DNA of 24,000 bases from Candidatus Binatia bacterium (lineage in GTDB: Bacteria > Desulfobacterota > Binatia > UBA9968). Both the position numbers and the translations under genes were made by a program. Numbering within the stretch: the stretch's first letter is position 1; every line of letters starts with the position of its first letter. Below, one piece after another: positions 1-8,050 of this stretch. The DNA lies in contig DATDFN010000084.1 of the NCBI GenBank assembly GCA_036522615.1, forward strand, positions 1 to 24,000. Reading direction: 5' to 3'. The notes under the pieces were generated by a model. That model was not told where the DNA came from, did not search any database, and was given only the letters and a program-made list of their open reading frames with translations.

Positions 1-344
1 AGACCGGCATTTTTCCGATCATGCACACCGTCGCGATGCGCGAGGAGTTGTGGAAGGAATCGCCGGAGATCGCCGTCAATCTTTTTAGAGCCTTCCAGCA
101 GGCGAAGCTTCAAGCTTACGACCGGCTGAACGATCTCTCGCCCTATAAGATCAGCCTGGTCTGGTTTCGCGAGCCGCTGCGGCAGCAGCGTGAAACGTTG
201 GGCGACGATCCTTGGCCGTACGGGCTGCAGAAAAACCGGCACGTCGTCGAGACGTTGATGGGCTATCTGCACGAGCAGGGGCTCGCCGCGCGGAAGATTC
301 CCGTCGAGGAGCTCTTCGCGCCGAACACACATGCCTTGTCCTGA
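1..344 (+). CDS. C-terminal fragment (5' end off window) of a PhtD-like / NMT1-type periplasmic-binding-fold protein (family usually annotated 4,5-dihydroxyphthalate decarboxylase)
   Basis: Frame 3 is open from nt 3 to the TGA at 342-344, with no stop between the window edge and the first ATG at 21, so the gene continues upstream. The tail GDDPWPYGLQKNRHVVETLMGYLHEQGL...VEELFAP matches my recollection of the conserved C-terminus of PhtD-type proteins. This family call is from memory, not a search. Confidence 0.6.
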   Translation, partial: TGIFPIMHTVAMREELWKESPEIAVNLFRAFQQAKLQAYDRLNDLSPYKISLVWFREPLRQQRETLGDDPWPYGLQKNRHVVETLMGYLHEQGLAARKIPVEELFAPNTHALS

Positions 345-430
345 GCAAATGCGATGCATTGCGCCGAGCTTGGCTAGACAAATTTTCGGGGAAGGGTTAA
401 ACAGCGGTTAGAATAAAGGAGGACGTTTTC

Positions 431-769
431 ATGGAAAAGCCGCGCATCCGCCACATCGCGATCAACGTGCAGGACCGCGAAAAAACCGCCGCGTATTATA
501 AGAAGGTTTTCGGCATGGAGGAGAAGCATCGCGGCGAGAACGGCACGATCTACCTCTCCGACGGCTTCGTCGACGTGGCGCTCATCAGCACACCGCGCCA
601 TCCCTGGGGCATCAACCATTTCGGCTTCAAGGTCGACGACGTGAAAACCGTCGAGCAAGTCGCGGAGACTACTGCCGAGTCGAACACTTTCGGCGCGATC
701 GCCGAGAGCTGGATCAAGGATCCCGAAGGCAACCGCGTCGATGTCTCGGAGCACGGCTGGCCGGTTTAG
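431..769 (+). CDS. VOC (glyoxalase / bleomycin-resistance / extradiol dioxygenase) superfamily protein, 112 aa
   Basis: Strong SD AGGAGG (417-422) sits 8 nt before the ATG. Single-module VOC signature strands are present: IRHIAINV near the N-terminus, INHFGFKV in the middle and KDPEGNRVDV near the C-terminus. These carry the usual His/His/Glu ligand positions. Confidence 0.8.
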   Translation: MEKPRIRHIAINVQDREKTAAYYKKVFGMEEKHRGENGTIYLSDGFVDVALISTPRHPWGINHFGFKVDDVKTVEQVAETTAESNTFGAIAESWIKDPEGNRVDVSEHGWPV

Positions 770-782
770 GCGAAGCGGCTCA

Positions 783-803
783 TTGCGCGGCTAAACCGCG
801 CAA
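783..803 (+). other. Intercistronic stem-loop (8-bp stem TTGCGCGG / CCGCGCAA, 5-nt loop CTAAA)
   Basis: Perfect inverted repeat 783-790 / 796-803, read directly. It lies between the VOC stop (767-769) and the binder start (812). No U-tract follows, so it is not a canonical intrinsic terminator. No SD is visible between it and the ATG. Confidence 0.35.
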
Positions 804-811
804 CCGGCGCC

Positions 812-1765
812 ATGATGCGCAAATTCGTCTTCATCTTTGCGGTAGCGCTGCTCCTGCCTCCAGCAAACGTCCGAGCGCAGCCGAAGATGAAGGCGGCGTA
901 CGCTTCGATCAGCGCCAACTTCGCCGGCCTATGGATGGCTAAGGAGATCGGCGCCTTCGAGAAATACGGACTCGGCGCGGACCTCGTTTACATCGCCTCC
1001 GGCAGCGTCACGGTGCAAGCGATGATGGGCGGGGACGTCCAGTTGGCGGTCGGCGCCAGCAACGCCGTAGTAAGCGCGATTCTGCGCGGCGCACCGCTCG
1101 TCGCTATCGGCAGCGTGGCGAATCGTCCGGGAATGGTTTTGTGGGTGCAGCCCGAGATCTCGCGCCCCGAACAGCTTCAAGGAAAAGTGCTGGGGATTTC
1201 TCGATTCGGCTCGACGACGCATTTCTTGATGAACATGGTGCTCGAGAAATACGGCCTCAAGGACAAGGTCAAAATCCAGCCGCTAGGTGGCGTGCCCGAG
1301 ATGGAGGCCGCTTTTGGGACGGGAATGATCGCCGGCGCGATCTTGTCGATTCGGCCCGCATCGAAGGCGCATATGCTCGTCGACCTTCCTGATCTCGGCA
1401 TTCCCTATTCGATGAACCTGATGGCGGTGAAGCGCGATTATTTGAAATCTTCGCCGAAGGCGGTCGAAGCAATCCTCAAGGCGTATATCGAAGGCATGTA
1501 TGTTCTGAAAACCAGGAAAGAGGTAGGGCAGAGAGTGCTTGCAAAGTACATGCGGCGCTCGCCCGACACGGTTACCGAGCCGTACGAGTATGCCGTCAAG
1601 TATCTCGATACGGTTCCCGCCGTAGAGCCGGCCACGATCCATACGGTCCTCAATTGGGAAGGCAAGGGCGACATGGCCGTCGACGGATTCTTCGACAACG
1701 CGCCTGTCGAGCGGCTTGTGAAAGACGGCTTTGTCGAACGCCTCGCGAAAGAAAGGGGAAAGTAA
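812..1765 (+). CDS. Secreted NMT1/THI5-like (SsuA/TauA, NitT/TauT-type) substrate-binding protein, paralog 1
   Basis: 317-aa ORF. The N-terminus MMRKFVFIFAVALLLPPANVRA/QP looks like a Sec signal peptide. The mature part has NMT1/SsuA-type blocks (WMAKEIGAFEKYGL, GASNAVV, RPGMVLWVQPE, GKVLGISRFGS, LGIPYSMN). It matches the 3207-4187 paralog at 77 of 131 aligned N-terminal positions counted by eye. Confidence 0.85.
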   Translation: MMRKFVFIFAVALLLPPANVRAQPKMKAAYASISANFAGLWMAKEIGAFEKYGLGADLVYIASGSVTVQAMMGGDVQLAVGASNAVVSAILRGAPLVAIGSVANRPGMVLWVQPEISRPEQLQGKVLGISRFGSTTHFLMNMVLEKYGLKDKVKIQPLGGVPEMEAAFGTGMIAGAILSIRPASKAHMLVDLPDLGIPYSMNLMAVKRDYLKSSPKAVEAILKAYIEGMYVLKTRKEVGQRVLAKYMRRSPDTVTEPYEYAVKYLDTVPAVEPATIHTVLNWEGKGDMAVDGFFDNAPVERLVKDGFVERLAKERGK

Positions 1766-2472
1766 TGGACGCCGCCGGCTGGAGGCAGACGATCGGAGAG
1801 ATGGTCCGAGAAAATATGCGCTCTCCGCAAGTCCAGTATTACTTTTCCGTCAAGACGACCGAGTCGCGCGCGCGGCTGCTGCTGCAGCAGCTGGCGCTTT
1901 TTGTCCGCCACCGGCGCGATTGCTGGTCGTTTCTTTCCAGCAATTGTCCGGTCATGGGTGTCAAGCAACAAATTCTTAAGCATGAGTTCGGCGAGGTCAT
2001 CAAGGACGAATACACCGACCGCGGCCACCTCGACCTGCTCGTCCGGCAGGGAAAATTTATCGGACTCAGCGAAGACGAAGTACTGAACCCGACGCCGATT
2101 CCGACGACACTCGCGACGCTCTACGGCTGGGGCTGGATCACGCGGGAACAACATTGGCTCCAAGGCATGGCGGCGCTCACCGTTACGGAATGGACCAACG
2201 ACGACCGCCTGCTGGCGGACCAGGGCGGCGGTCATTCGAGCCGAATGGCGCGAAAGTGGATGGCGGAGCTGGGTCTTACGATGGAACAGCTGCCGCAGTT
2301 CAAAGTCCACGGCGCGGCGGACGAGGAGCACAGCGACATGTTTTTACCATTTCTCGCGGAGTACGCGACAGGCGCAAACGAGGGTATCGCGCTCGACGGC
2401 GTCCGCGAATCGCTGGAGCTTTCCGCTCTCTATCGCGAAGGCGTCGGCCGGGCCATGGAACAGCTGAAATAG
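1765..2472 (+). CDS. PqqC/CADD/TenA-like heme-oxygenase-fold protein (putative di-metal oxidase), paralog HO1, 235 aa
   Basis: The start is taken at the internal ATG 1765-1767 (M38 of the 1654 ORF), which overlaps the upstream TAA by 1 nt (TAATG). From there the protein is colinear with its paralogs. The stretch NCPVMGVKQQILKHE...GHLDLLVRQGKFIGL parallels the PqqC segment ANCPD...ILDHDG...WLRLGEAVGL as I recall it. Conserved putative ligands are D81, H88, E142 (TEW), H182, D186 and H189 (HGAADEEHSDMF). Confidence 0.75.
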   Translation: MDAAGWRQTIGEMVRENMRSPQVQYYFSVKTTESRARLLLQQLALFVRHRRDCWSFLSSNCPVMGVKQQILKHEFGEVIKDEYTDRGHLDLLVRQGKFIGLSEDEVLNPTPIPTTLATLYGWGWITREQHWLQGMAALTVTEWTNDDRLLADQGGGHSSRMARKWMAELGLTMEQLPQFKVHGAADEEHSDMFLPFLAEYATGANEGIALDGVRESLELSALYREGVGRAMEQLK

Positions 2473-2494
2473 AATCAAACCGGAGGCAAGCAGT

Positions 2495-3199
2495 ATGAAC
2501 GAACAGGGTTGGAGACAGGCGCTCGGAGAGCTTACGCGCGAGACGATGTCGTCGCCGGAGCTCGATCGCTACTATTCTATACCGATCACGCGGCCGCGCG
2601 CGCAGATTATTTTAAAGCAGCTTTCGCTTTACGTGCGCCACCGCCGGGACTGTTGGGCGTACGTCTCGGGCAATTGCCCGATCCTCTCCGTGAAACAGAA
2701 AATCCTTGGTCACGAATACGAGGAAGTGATTCGCGACCAGCACTCCGAGCACGGCCACCTCGATCTGCTGATCCGGCAGGGCAAGGCGATCGGCCTCACG
2801 GCGGAGGACATCATACAGACCAAGCCGATCGCGTCGACGATGGCGGTGCTCTACGCCTGGGGCTGGATGACGAAAAACAAGCCCTGGCTGGAAGGCTTGG
2901 CGTCCATGACGATCACCGAATGGAACCAGGACGACCGCCTGCTCGGCGACCAGGGCGGCGGACACGCGTATAAAATGGGGCAGCGCTGGGTCGATCAGCT
3001 CGGCCTAACGTGGGACGATCTTCCCAACTGGCGCGCCCACCGGGAGGCGGACAAAGAGCACAGCGATATGTTTCTCTCCGTGCTCGCGGAGCACGCCGTC
3101 GGCGACAAGGAAAAGCTCGCGCTCAACGCGGCGCGCGAGTCCGAGGCGCTTTACCGCACGTATCAGGCCGGCATCGCCTCGGCGATGGAAGCGGTCTGA
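2495..3199 (+). CDS. PqqC/CADD/TenA-like heme-oxygenase-fold protein, paralog HO2, 234 aa
   Basis: SD GGAGG (2482-2486) sits 8 nt before the ATG. It is colinear with HO1 and HO3, with identical numbering of RHRRDCW (48-54), NCP (60-62), HE (73-74), D81, H88, TEW (141-143) and H182-x3-D186-x2-H189. Confidence 0.8.
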   Translation: MNEQGWRQALGELTRETMSSPELDRYYSIPITRPRAQIILKQLSLYVRHRRDCWAYVSGNCPILSVKQKILGHEYEEVIRDQHSEHGHLDLLIRQGKAIGLTAEDIIQTKPIASTMAVLYAWGWMTKNKPWLEGLASMTITEWNQDDRLLGDQGGGHAYKMGQRWVDQLGLTWDDLPNWRAHREADKEHSDMFLSVLAEHAVGDKEKLALNAARESEALYRTYQAGIASAMEAV

Positions 3200-3206
3200 G
3201 ACTCCG

Positions 3207-4187
3207 ATGACGCAGATGCGGAAGCCGGTCTTCTCGCTGTTGCTCGCGCTTCTCCTGGCCGCCACGGCTACGAGTTCTTTCGCGGCCGACGCGCCGAAAG
3301 AAAAAATCGCCTTCGGCTACAGCGCCATCAGCCCAACGATGGCGGGCGTGTGGATGGCCAAGGAGGTCGGCGCATTCGAGAAGTACGGCCTCAACCTTGA
3401 GATGATCTATATCGCGTCCGGCGCGACGGTGATCCAGGCGCTCGTCGGCGGCAGTCTGAACGCGGCGCTCGGCGCGAGCAACGCGGTCGTCGCCGCGAGT
3501 CTCAAAGGCGCGCCGATCGTCGCCGTCGGCAGCAATACCAGCCGGCCGGGAATGGTGCTGTGGGTCCAGCCTGAAATCACCAAGCCCGAACAGCTCGCCG
3601 GCAAGCGGCTCGCGATCACGCGCTACGGCTCCTCGAGCGACTTCGTCACACGGCTGATCACCAAGAAGCTCGGCCTTGACGGCAAGGTCGACATCCGCCA
3701 GTTCGGCGGTGTGGTCGAGGCGGACATGGGCTTTCGCACCCACCAGGCCGAGGGGCGAGTCGCATCACAGTCGCCCGCCCCAGGGGCGCGCGCCCTGGTG
3801 GACGCTGCCGAGCTCGGCATCCCGTATTCTATGAACCTGCTCGCGGTGAGCAACGATTATCTCAAAAAGTCGCCGGGAACCGTCGAGCGGATCGTCAAGG
3901 CATATATCGAAGGCATCGCCGCGCTTCGGACGAGAAAACCGCAAGCGCTGCAGATGCTGGCGAAATACATGGGGCCGCGCGGCGGCGCGCCGGAGATGCA
4001 CTACGAGTTCGTCACTAAGTACCTCGACGCCGTGCCACGCGTCGATCCGGCCGCCGTGGACACAATTCTGGAAATGGTCGGCCACTCGGGGCCGGTCAAC
4101 GTCAAGCTTTACGACAACGCGATCATCGACAAACTCAAAGCCGAAGGCTTTTTCGACAAACTACAACAGGCAGGGGGCCGTTCATGA
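3207..4187 (+). CDS. Secreted NMT1/THI5-like substrate-binding protein, paralog 2
   Basis: 326-aa ORF with a signal peptide (MTQMRKPVFSLLLALLLAATATSSFA/AD). It is a close paralog of 812-1765. Its stop overlaps the next gene's start (ATGA at 4184-4187). The ATG at 3216 is an alternative start, and no clear SD precedes either. Confidence 0.85.
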   Translation: MTQMRKPVFSLLLALLLAATATSSFAADAPKEKIAFGYSAISPTMAGVWMAKEVGAFEKYGLNLEMIYIASGATVIQALVGGSLNAALGASNAVVAASLKGAPIVAVGSNTSRPGMVLWVQPEITKPEQLAGKRLAITRYGSSSDFVTRLITKKLGLDGKVDIRQFGGVVEADMGFRTHQAEGRVASQSPAPGARALVDAAELGIPYSMNLLAVSNDYLKKSPGTVERIVKAYIEGIAALRTRKPQALQMLAKYMGPRGGAPEMHYEFVTKYLDAVPRVDPAAVDTILEMVGHSGPVNVKLYDNAIIDKLKAEGFFDKLQQAGGRS

Positions 4188-4894
4188 AGGAAGCCGTATG
4201 GCGCGAAACGCTGGGTGAAATGGTGCGCAGTTACATCCGCTCGCCCGCGCTCGAACGCTATTTCGCCGTCAAGATGAACAAGCCGCGCGCCGCCGTGATG
4301 GTGACGCAGCAGAGCCTTTTTGTGCGCCACCGCCGCGACTGCTGGGCGAACGTCTCCGGCAACTGCCCCGTCCTCGGCATCAAGCAGCGCATCCTGGAAC
4401 ACGAATACGAAGAGATCATCCGCGACCAGTTTTCCGAATACGGCCATCTCGCGCTCATTATCAAGCAGGGACAGTCGGTCGGTCTCGCTCCCGAGGAGGT
4501 TGTCGACGCGAAAGCGCTCCCGTCTACTCTGGCGACGCTCTACGCGTGGGGATGGATGACGCGCGAGAAAAGCTGGGTCGAGGCGCTCGCCGCGCTCACG
4601 ATCACCGAATGGTGCAACGACGACCGCCTACTCGGCGATTTGGGCGGCGGCCAATCCACACGCATGGCGAAGCGCTGGATGGAAGACATGGGCTTCACGT
4701 GGAAGCAGATACCCAATTTGCAGGCGCACAGCCAGGCGGACGAGAAGCACAGCGACATGTTTTTGCCGTTTCTCGAAAAATATGCGACAGGAGAGAACGA
4801 ATCGCTGGCGCTCGACGCGGCGCGGCAATCGCTCGCTTTGAATGAGATTTTTCGCGAAGGCATCGCGCGGGCGCAAGAACAAATAAAATTGTAA
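4184..4894 (+). CDS. PqqC/CADD/TenA-like heme-oxygenase-fold protein, paralog HO3, 236 aa
   Basis: An ATGA start/stop overlap links it to the upstream binder gene. It has the same motif set and numbering as HO1 and HO2 (RHRRDCW, NCP, EHEYEE, D81, H88, TEW, HSQADEKHSDMF). Confidence 0.8.
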   Translation: MKEAVWRETLGEMVRSYIRSPALERYFAVKMNKPRAAVMVTQQSLFVRHRRDCWANVSGNCPVLGIKQRILEHEYEEIIRDQFSEYGHLALIIKQGQSVGLAPEEVVDAKALPSTLATLYAWGWMTREKSWVEALAALTITEWCNDDRLLGDLGGGQSTRMAKRWMEDMGFTWKQIPNLQAHSQADEKHSDMFLPFLEKYATGENESLALDAARQSLALNEIFREGIARAQEQIKL

Positions 4895-4920
4895 TACGTA
4901 TCCTAATTTCGGGAGGTCAT

Positions 4921-5607
4921 ATGAGCTATTGGCAGAAAGCGCGGGCGGAGATCGATGCAACGCTCAATCATCATTTCGATACACCGGAATATCGGCGGCT
5001 TTTCGGCGTGAAGATCACGCCGGCGCGGAACGAGCTGCTCGGACGCCATTATCCCCACTACATCAAAAGCCGCCGCGACTGCTGGGCCGCTTCCCAGGCA
5101 AAAGCGCCGCTCGACGTCAAACGCACAATCTGGGAGCACGAGAAAGACGAGCTCATCTACGACGAGCGCCTCGGCGCCGCCCATTTAACCGACGACGACA
5201 TGTCGCGCGCTGTGGGCGAGGAGACCTTGCTGCCGGGCGCGCGCGCGGCGATTTACGCCTGGCTTTATCTCTGCTCGACGCGCTCCTGGATCGAGAGCCT
5301 GATGATCAATCACACGACCGAGCGAAAGAACAACGCCGAGCTGATCGAAGGCGGCGGATTCACGCAAAGAATGGCGGCAAAGCAGGTCGCCGATCTCGTC
5401 GGATCGGTCGAGAAGCTGGATAAAAACACCAAAGTTCACATGGTCGCTGATATCGATCACTCCAATATGTTCGAGGCGGTGTTCGAGCGACACGTTACCG
5501 ACGACCGCATCGCCCGCATGGTAGTCAGGGCGGCGAACGATTGCCTGGCGATCGACCGCGCCTATCGCAACGCACTCGCCGTCGGGATGATGGAAATAGC
5601 AGAGTAG
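4921..5607 (+). CDS. Divergent PqqC/CADD/TenA-like heme-oxygenase-fold protein, paralog HO4, 228 aa
   Basis: SD GGGAGG (4911-4916) sits 4 nt before the ATG. It retains SRRDCW, EHE, D81, H88, TTE134R and H173-x3-D177-x2-H180 (HMVADIDHSNMF). It is much less similar to HO1-3 elsewhere and is 8 residues shorter between H88 and the Glu. Confidence 0.75.
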   Translation: MSYWQKARAEIDATLNHHFDTPEYRRLFGVKITPARNELLGRHYPHYIKSRRDCWAASQAKAPLDVKRTIWEHEKDELIYDERLGAAHLTDDDMSRAVGEETLLPGARAAIYAWLYLCSTRSWIESLMINHTTERKNNAELIEGGGFTQRMAAKQVADLVGSVEKLDKNTKVHMVADIDHSNMFEAVFERHVTDDRIARMVVRAANDCLAIDRAYRNALAVGMMEIAE

Positions 5608-5631
5608 GGGCGCGCAACAACGGCGCGCCCC
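5607..5631 (+). other. All-G/C 9-bp stem-loop in the HO4-cydA spacer (GGGGCGCGC / GCGCGCCCC, 7-nt loop AACAACG)
   Basis: Perfect inverted repeat 5607-5615 / 5623-5631, read directly. It starts on the last base of the HO4 stop codon and ends 8 nt before the cydA ATG. No U-tract follows, so it may be an attenuator or an mRNA processing/stability element rather than a classical terminator. Confidence 0.4.
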
Positions 5632-5639
5632 CGGTCGCC

Positions 5640-6983
<1,344 letters not shown>

Positions 6984-6984
6984 A

Positions 6985-8034
6985 ATGGAAACAGTCTGGT
7001 TCGTACTCGTCGCCGGGATGGTGATCGCCTACGTCGCGCTCGACGGCTTCGACCTCGGCGCCGGCGCGATTCATCTCTTGGCCGCAAAGAACCAAACCGA
7101 GCGCGCGCAGATCATCCGGGCGATCGGTCCGGTGTGGGACGGCAACGAAGTGTGGCTGCTCGCCGCCGGCGGCGCGATCTTCTTCGCCTTCCCGCGTCTT
7201 TACGCGTCGAGCTTCAGCGGCTTTTATCTGCCGCTTATGATCGTGCTCTGGCTCTTGATGCTGCGCGGCGTCGGCGTCGAGCTGCGCTCCCACGTCGACG
7301 ACGCGCTGTGGCAGTCGCTTTTCGACTTCGTCTTTTCTGCGGCAAGCGCGCTGCTTGCGGTGTTTTTCGGCGCCGCCATCGGCAACGTCGTCCGCGGCGT
7401 GCCGCTCGGCGCCGACGGCTATTTTTTCGCGCCGCTGTGGACCGATTTCACCGCGGGACCCGATGCCGGCATCCTCGATTGGTACACGCTGCTTACGGGC
7501 GCACTGGCGCTCGCGGCGCTTATCGTTCACGGGGCGCACTACATCGCCCTCAAAACGACAGGTGAGGTCGAAAGCCGCGCCCGCCTGACAGCCGCTCGCG
7601 GCTGGCGCGCGCTGGTTCTTCTGACCATAGTTTCGCTGCCCGCTACATTCTACGTCCGTCCCGCGCTGATGAACAATTTCTATGCGCGCCCGTGGGGCTG
7701 GATTATTCCAGCAGCCGCCGTCGCCGCTCTCGTTGCAATACCGCTCTTCCATCATCGAAAAAGGGATCTCGCCGCTTTTTTATGCTCGACCGTCTACCTG
7801 ATCGGCACGATCGGCGGCGCCGCGTTCGCACTTTATCCCGTCGTGTTGCCGTCGAGCGGCGACCCCGCCTACAGTCTGACCATCCACAACGCGAAGGCAG
7901 GCGCTTATAGCCTGAATGTCGGACTTGTTTGGTGGCTGTTGGGAATGACGCTCGCCGTCGCATATTTTATCATGGTCTATCGCCTGTTCCGCGGAAAGGT
8001 GACGCTCGGCGATCACGGCGGGTACGGCTCGTAG
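6985..8034 (+). CDS. cydB: Cytochrome bd-type quinol oxidase subunit II (349 aa)
   Basis: The start is at ATG 6985, 1 nt after the cydA TGA (M49 of the 6841 ORF). From METVWFVLVAGMVIAYVALDGFDLGAG...GPVWDGNEVWLLAAGGAIFFAFP...SGFYLPLMIVL it matches E. coli CydB blocks (DGFDMGVG, WDGNQVWL, SGFY). Confidence 0.88.
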   Translation: METVWFVLVAGMVIAYVALDGFDLGAGAIHLLAAKNQTERAQIIRAIGPVWDGNEVWLLAAGGAIFFAFPRLYASSFSGFYLPLMIVLWLLMLRGVGVELRSHVDDALWQSLFDFVFSAASALLAVFFGAAIGNVVRGVPLGADGYFFAPLWTDFTAGPDAGILDWYTLLTGALALAALIVHGAHYIALKTTGEVESRARLTAARGWRALVLLTIVSLPATFYVRPALMNNFYARPWGWIIPAAAVAALVAIPLFHHRKRDLAAFLCSTVYLIGTIGGAAFALYPVVLPSSGDPAYSLTIHNAKAGAYSLNVGLVWWLLGMTLAVAYFIMVYRLFRGKVTLGDHGGYGS

Positions 8035-8050
8035 ATAATAAGGAGAAAGA

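Noticed and set aside
409-414. A good -10-like hexamer TAGAAT lies upstream of the VOC gene.
   Set aside because: It ends only 2 nt before the SD (417-422), so a transcript would start within or after the SD. No acceptable -35 lies at 16-19 nt spacing; TTGGCT at 370-375 is 33 nt away.
1654-1764. The ORF track gives N-terminal extensions: 1654 for HO1, 5541 for cydA, 6841 for cydB, 8536 for the rhomboid, 17209 for binder4 and 12033 for the DppC-like permease.
   Set aside because: Each extension overlaps the preceding gene in another frame and is Arg-rich. Each lacks homology to the paralogs or family N-termini. Internal ATGs adjacent to the upstream stop give colinear, family-typical N-termini.
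1438-2331. A long antisense ORF (297 aa) lies opposite binder1/HO1. Similar antisense ORFs occur at 3123-3743, 6922-7755, 16664-17689, 20660-21793 and 21525-22838.
   Set aside because: These are typical shadow ORFs of a GC-rich genome. They are Arg/Ala/Gly/Pro-rich with no recognisable motifs. They lie fully inside sense-strand genes that have strong family signatures and RBSs.
3717-3794. This may be a compensated frameshift in binder2. Residues 169-196 (VVEADMGFRTHQAEGRVASQSPAPGARA) diverge sharply from binder1 (VPEMEAAFGTGMIAGAILSIRPASKAHM), although both flanks are highly similar.
   Set aside because: The two segments have equal length and still share in-frame anchors (V, E, F, T, G, S, P, A, A). 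Translating the other two frames did not restore a better match. It is most simply in-frame divergence of a surface or ligand-proximal segment, with hydrophobic residues replaced by polar ones. It is worth remembering when modelling ligand specificity.
812-5607. The heme-oxygenase-fold genes could be read as a PQQ biosynthesis (pqqC) cluster.
   Set aside because: No pqqA-like peptide ORF fits in the 22-26 nt gaps. No pqqB, pqqD or pqqE-type (radical SAM) genes are present. The conserved His/carboxylate set resembles metal-binding CADD-type proteins rather than cofactor-less PqqC.
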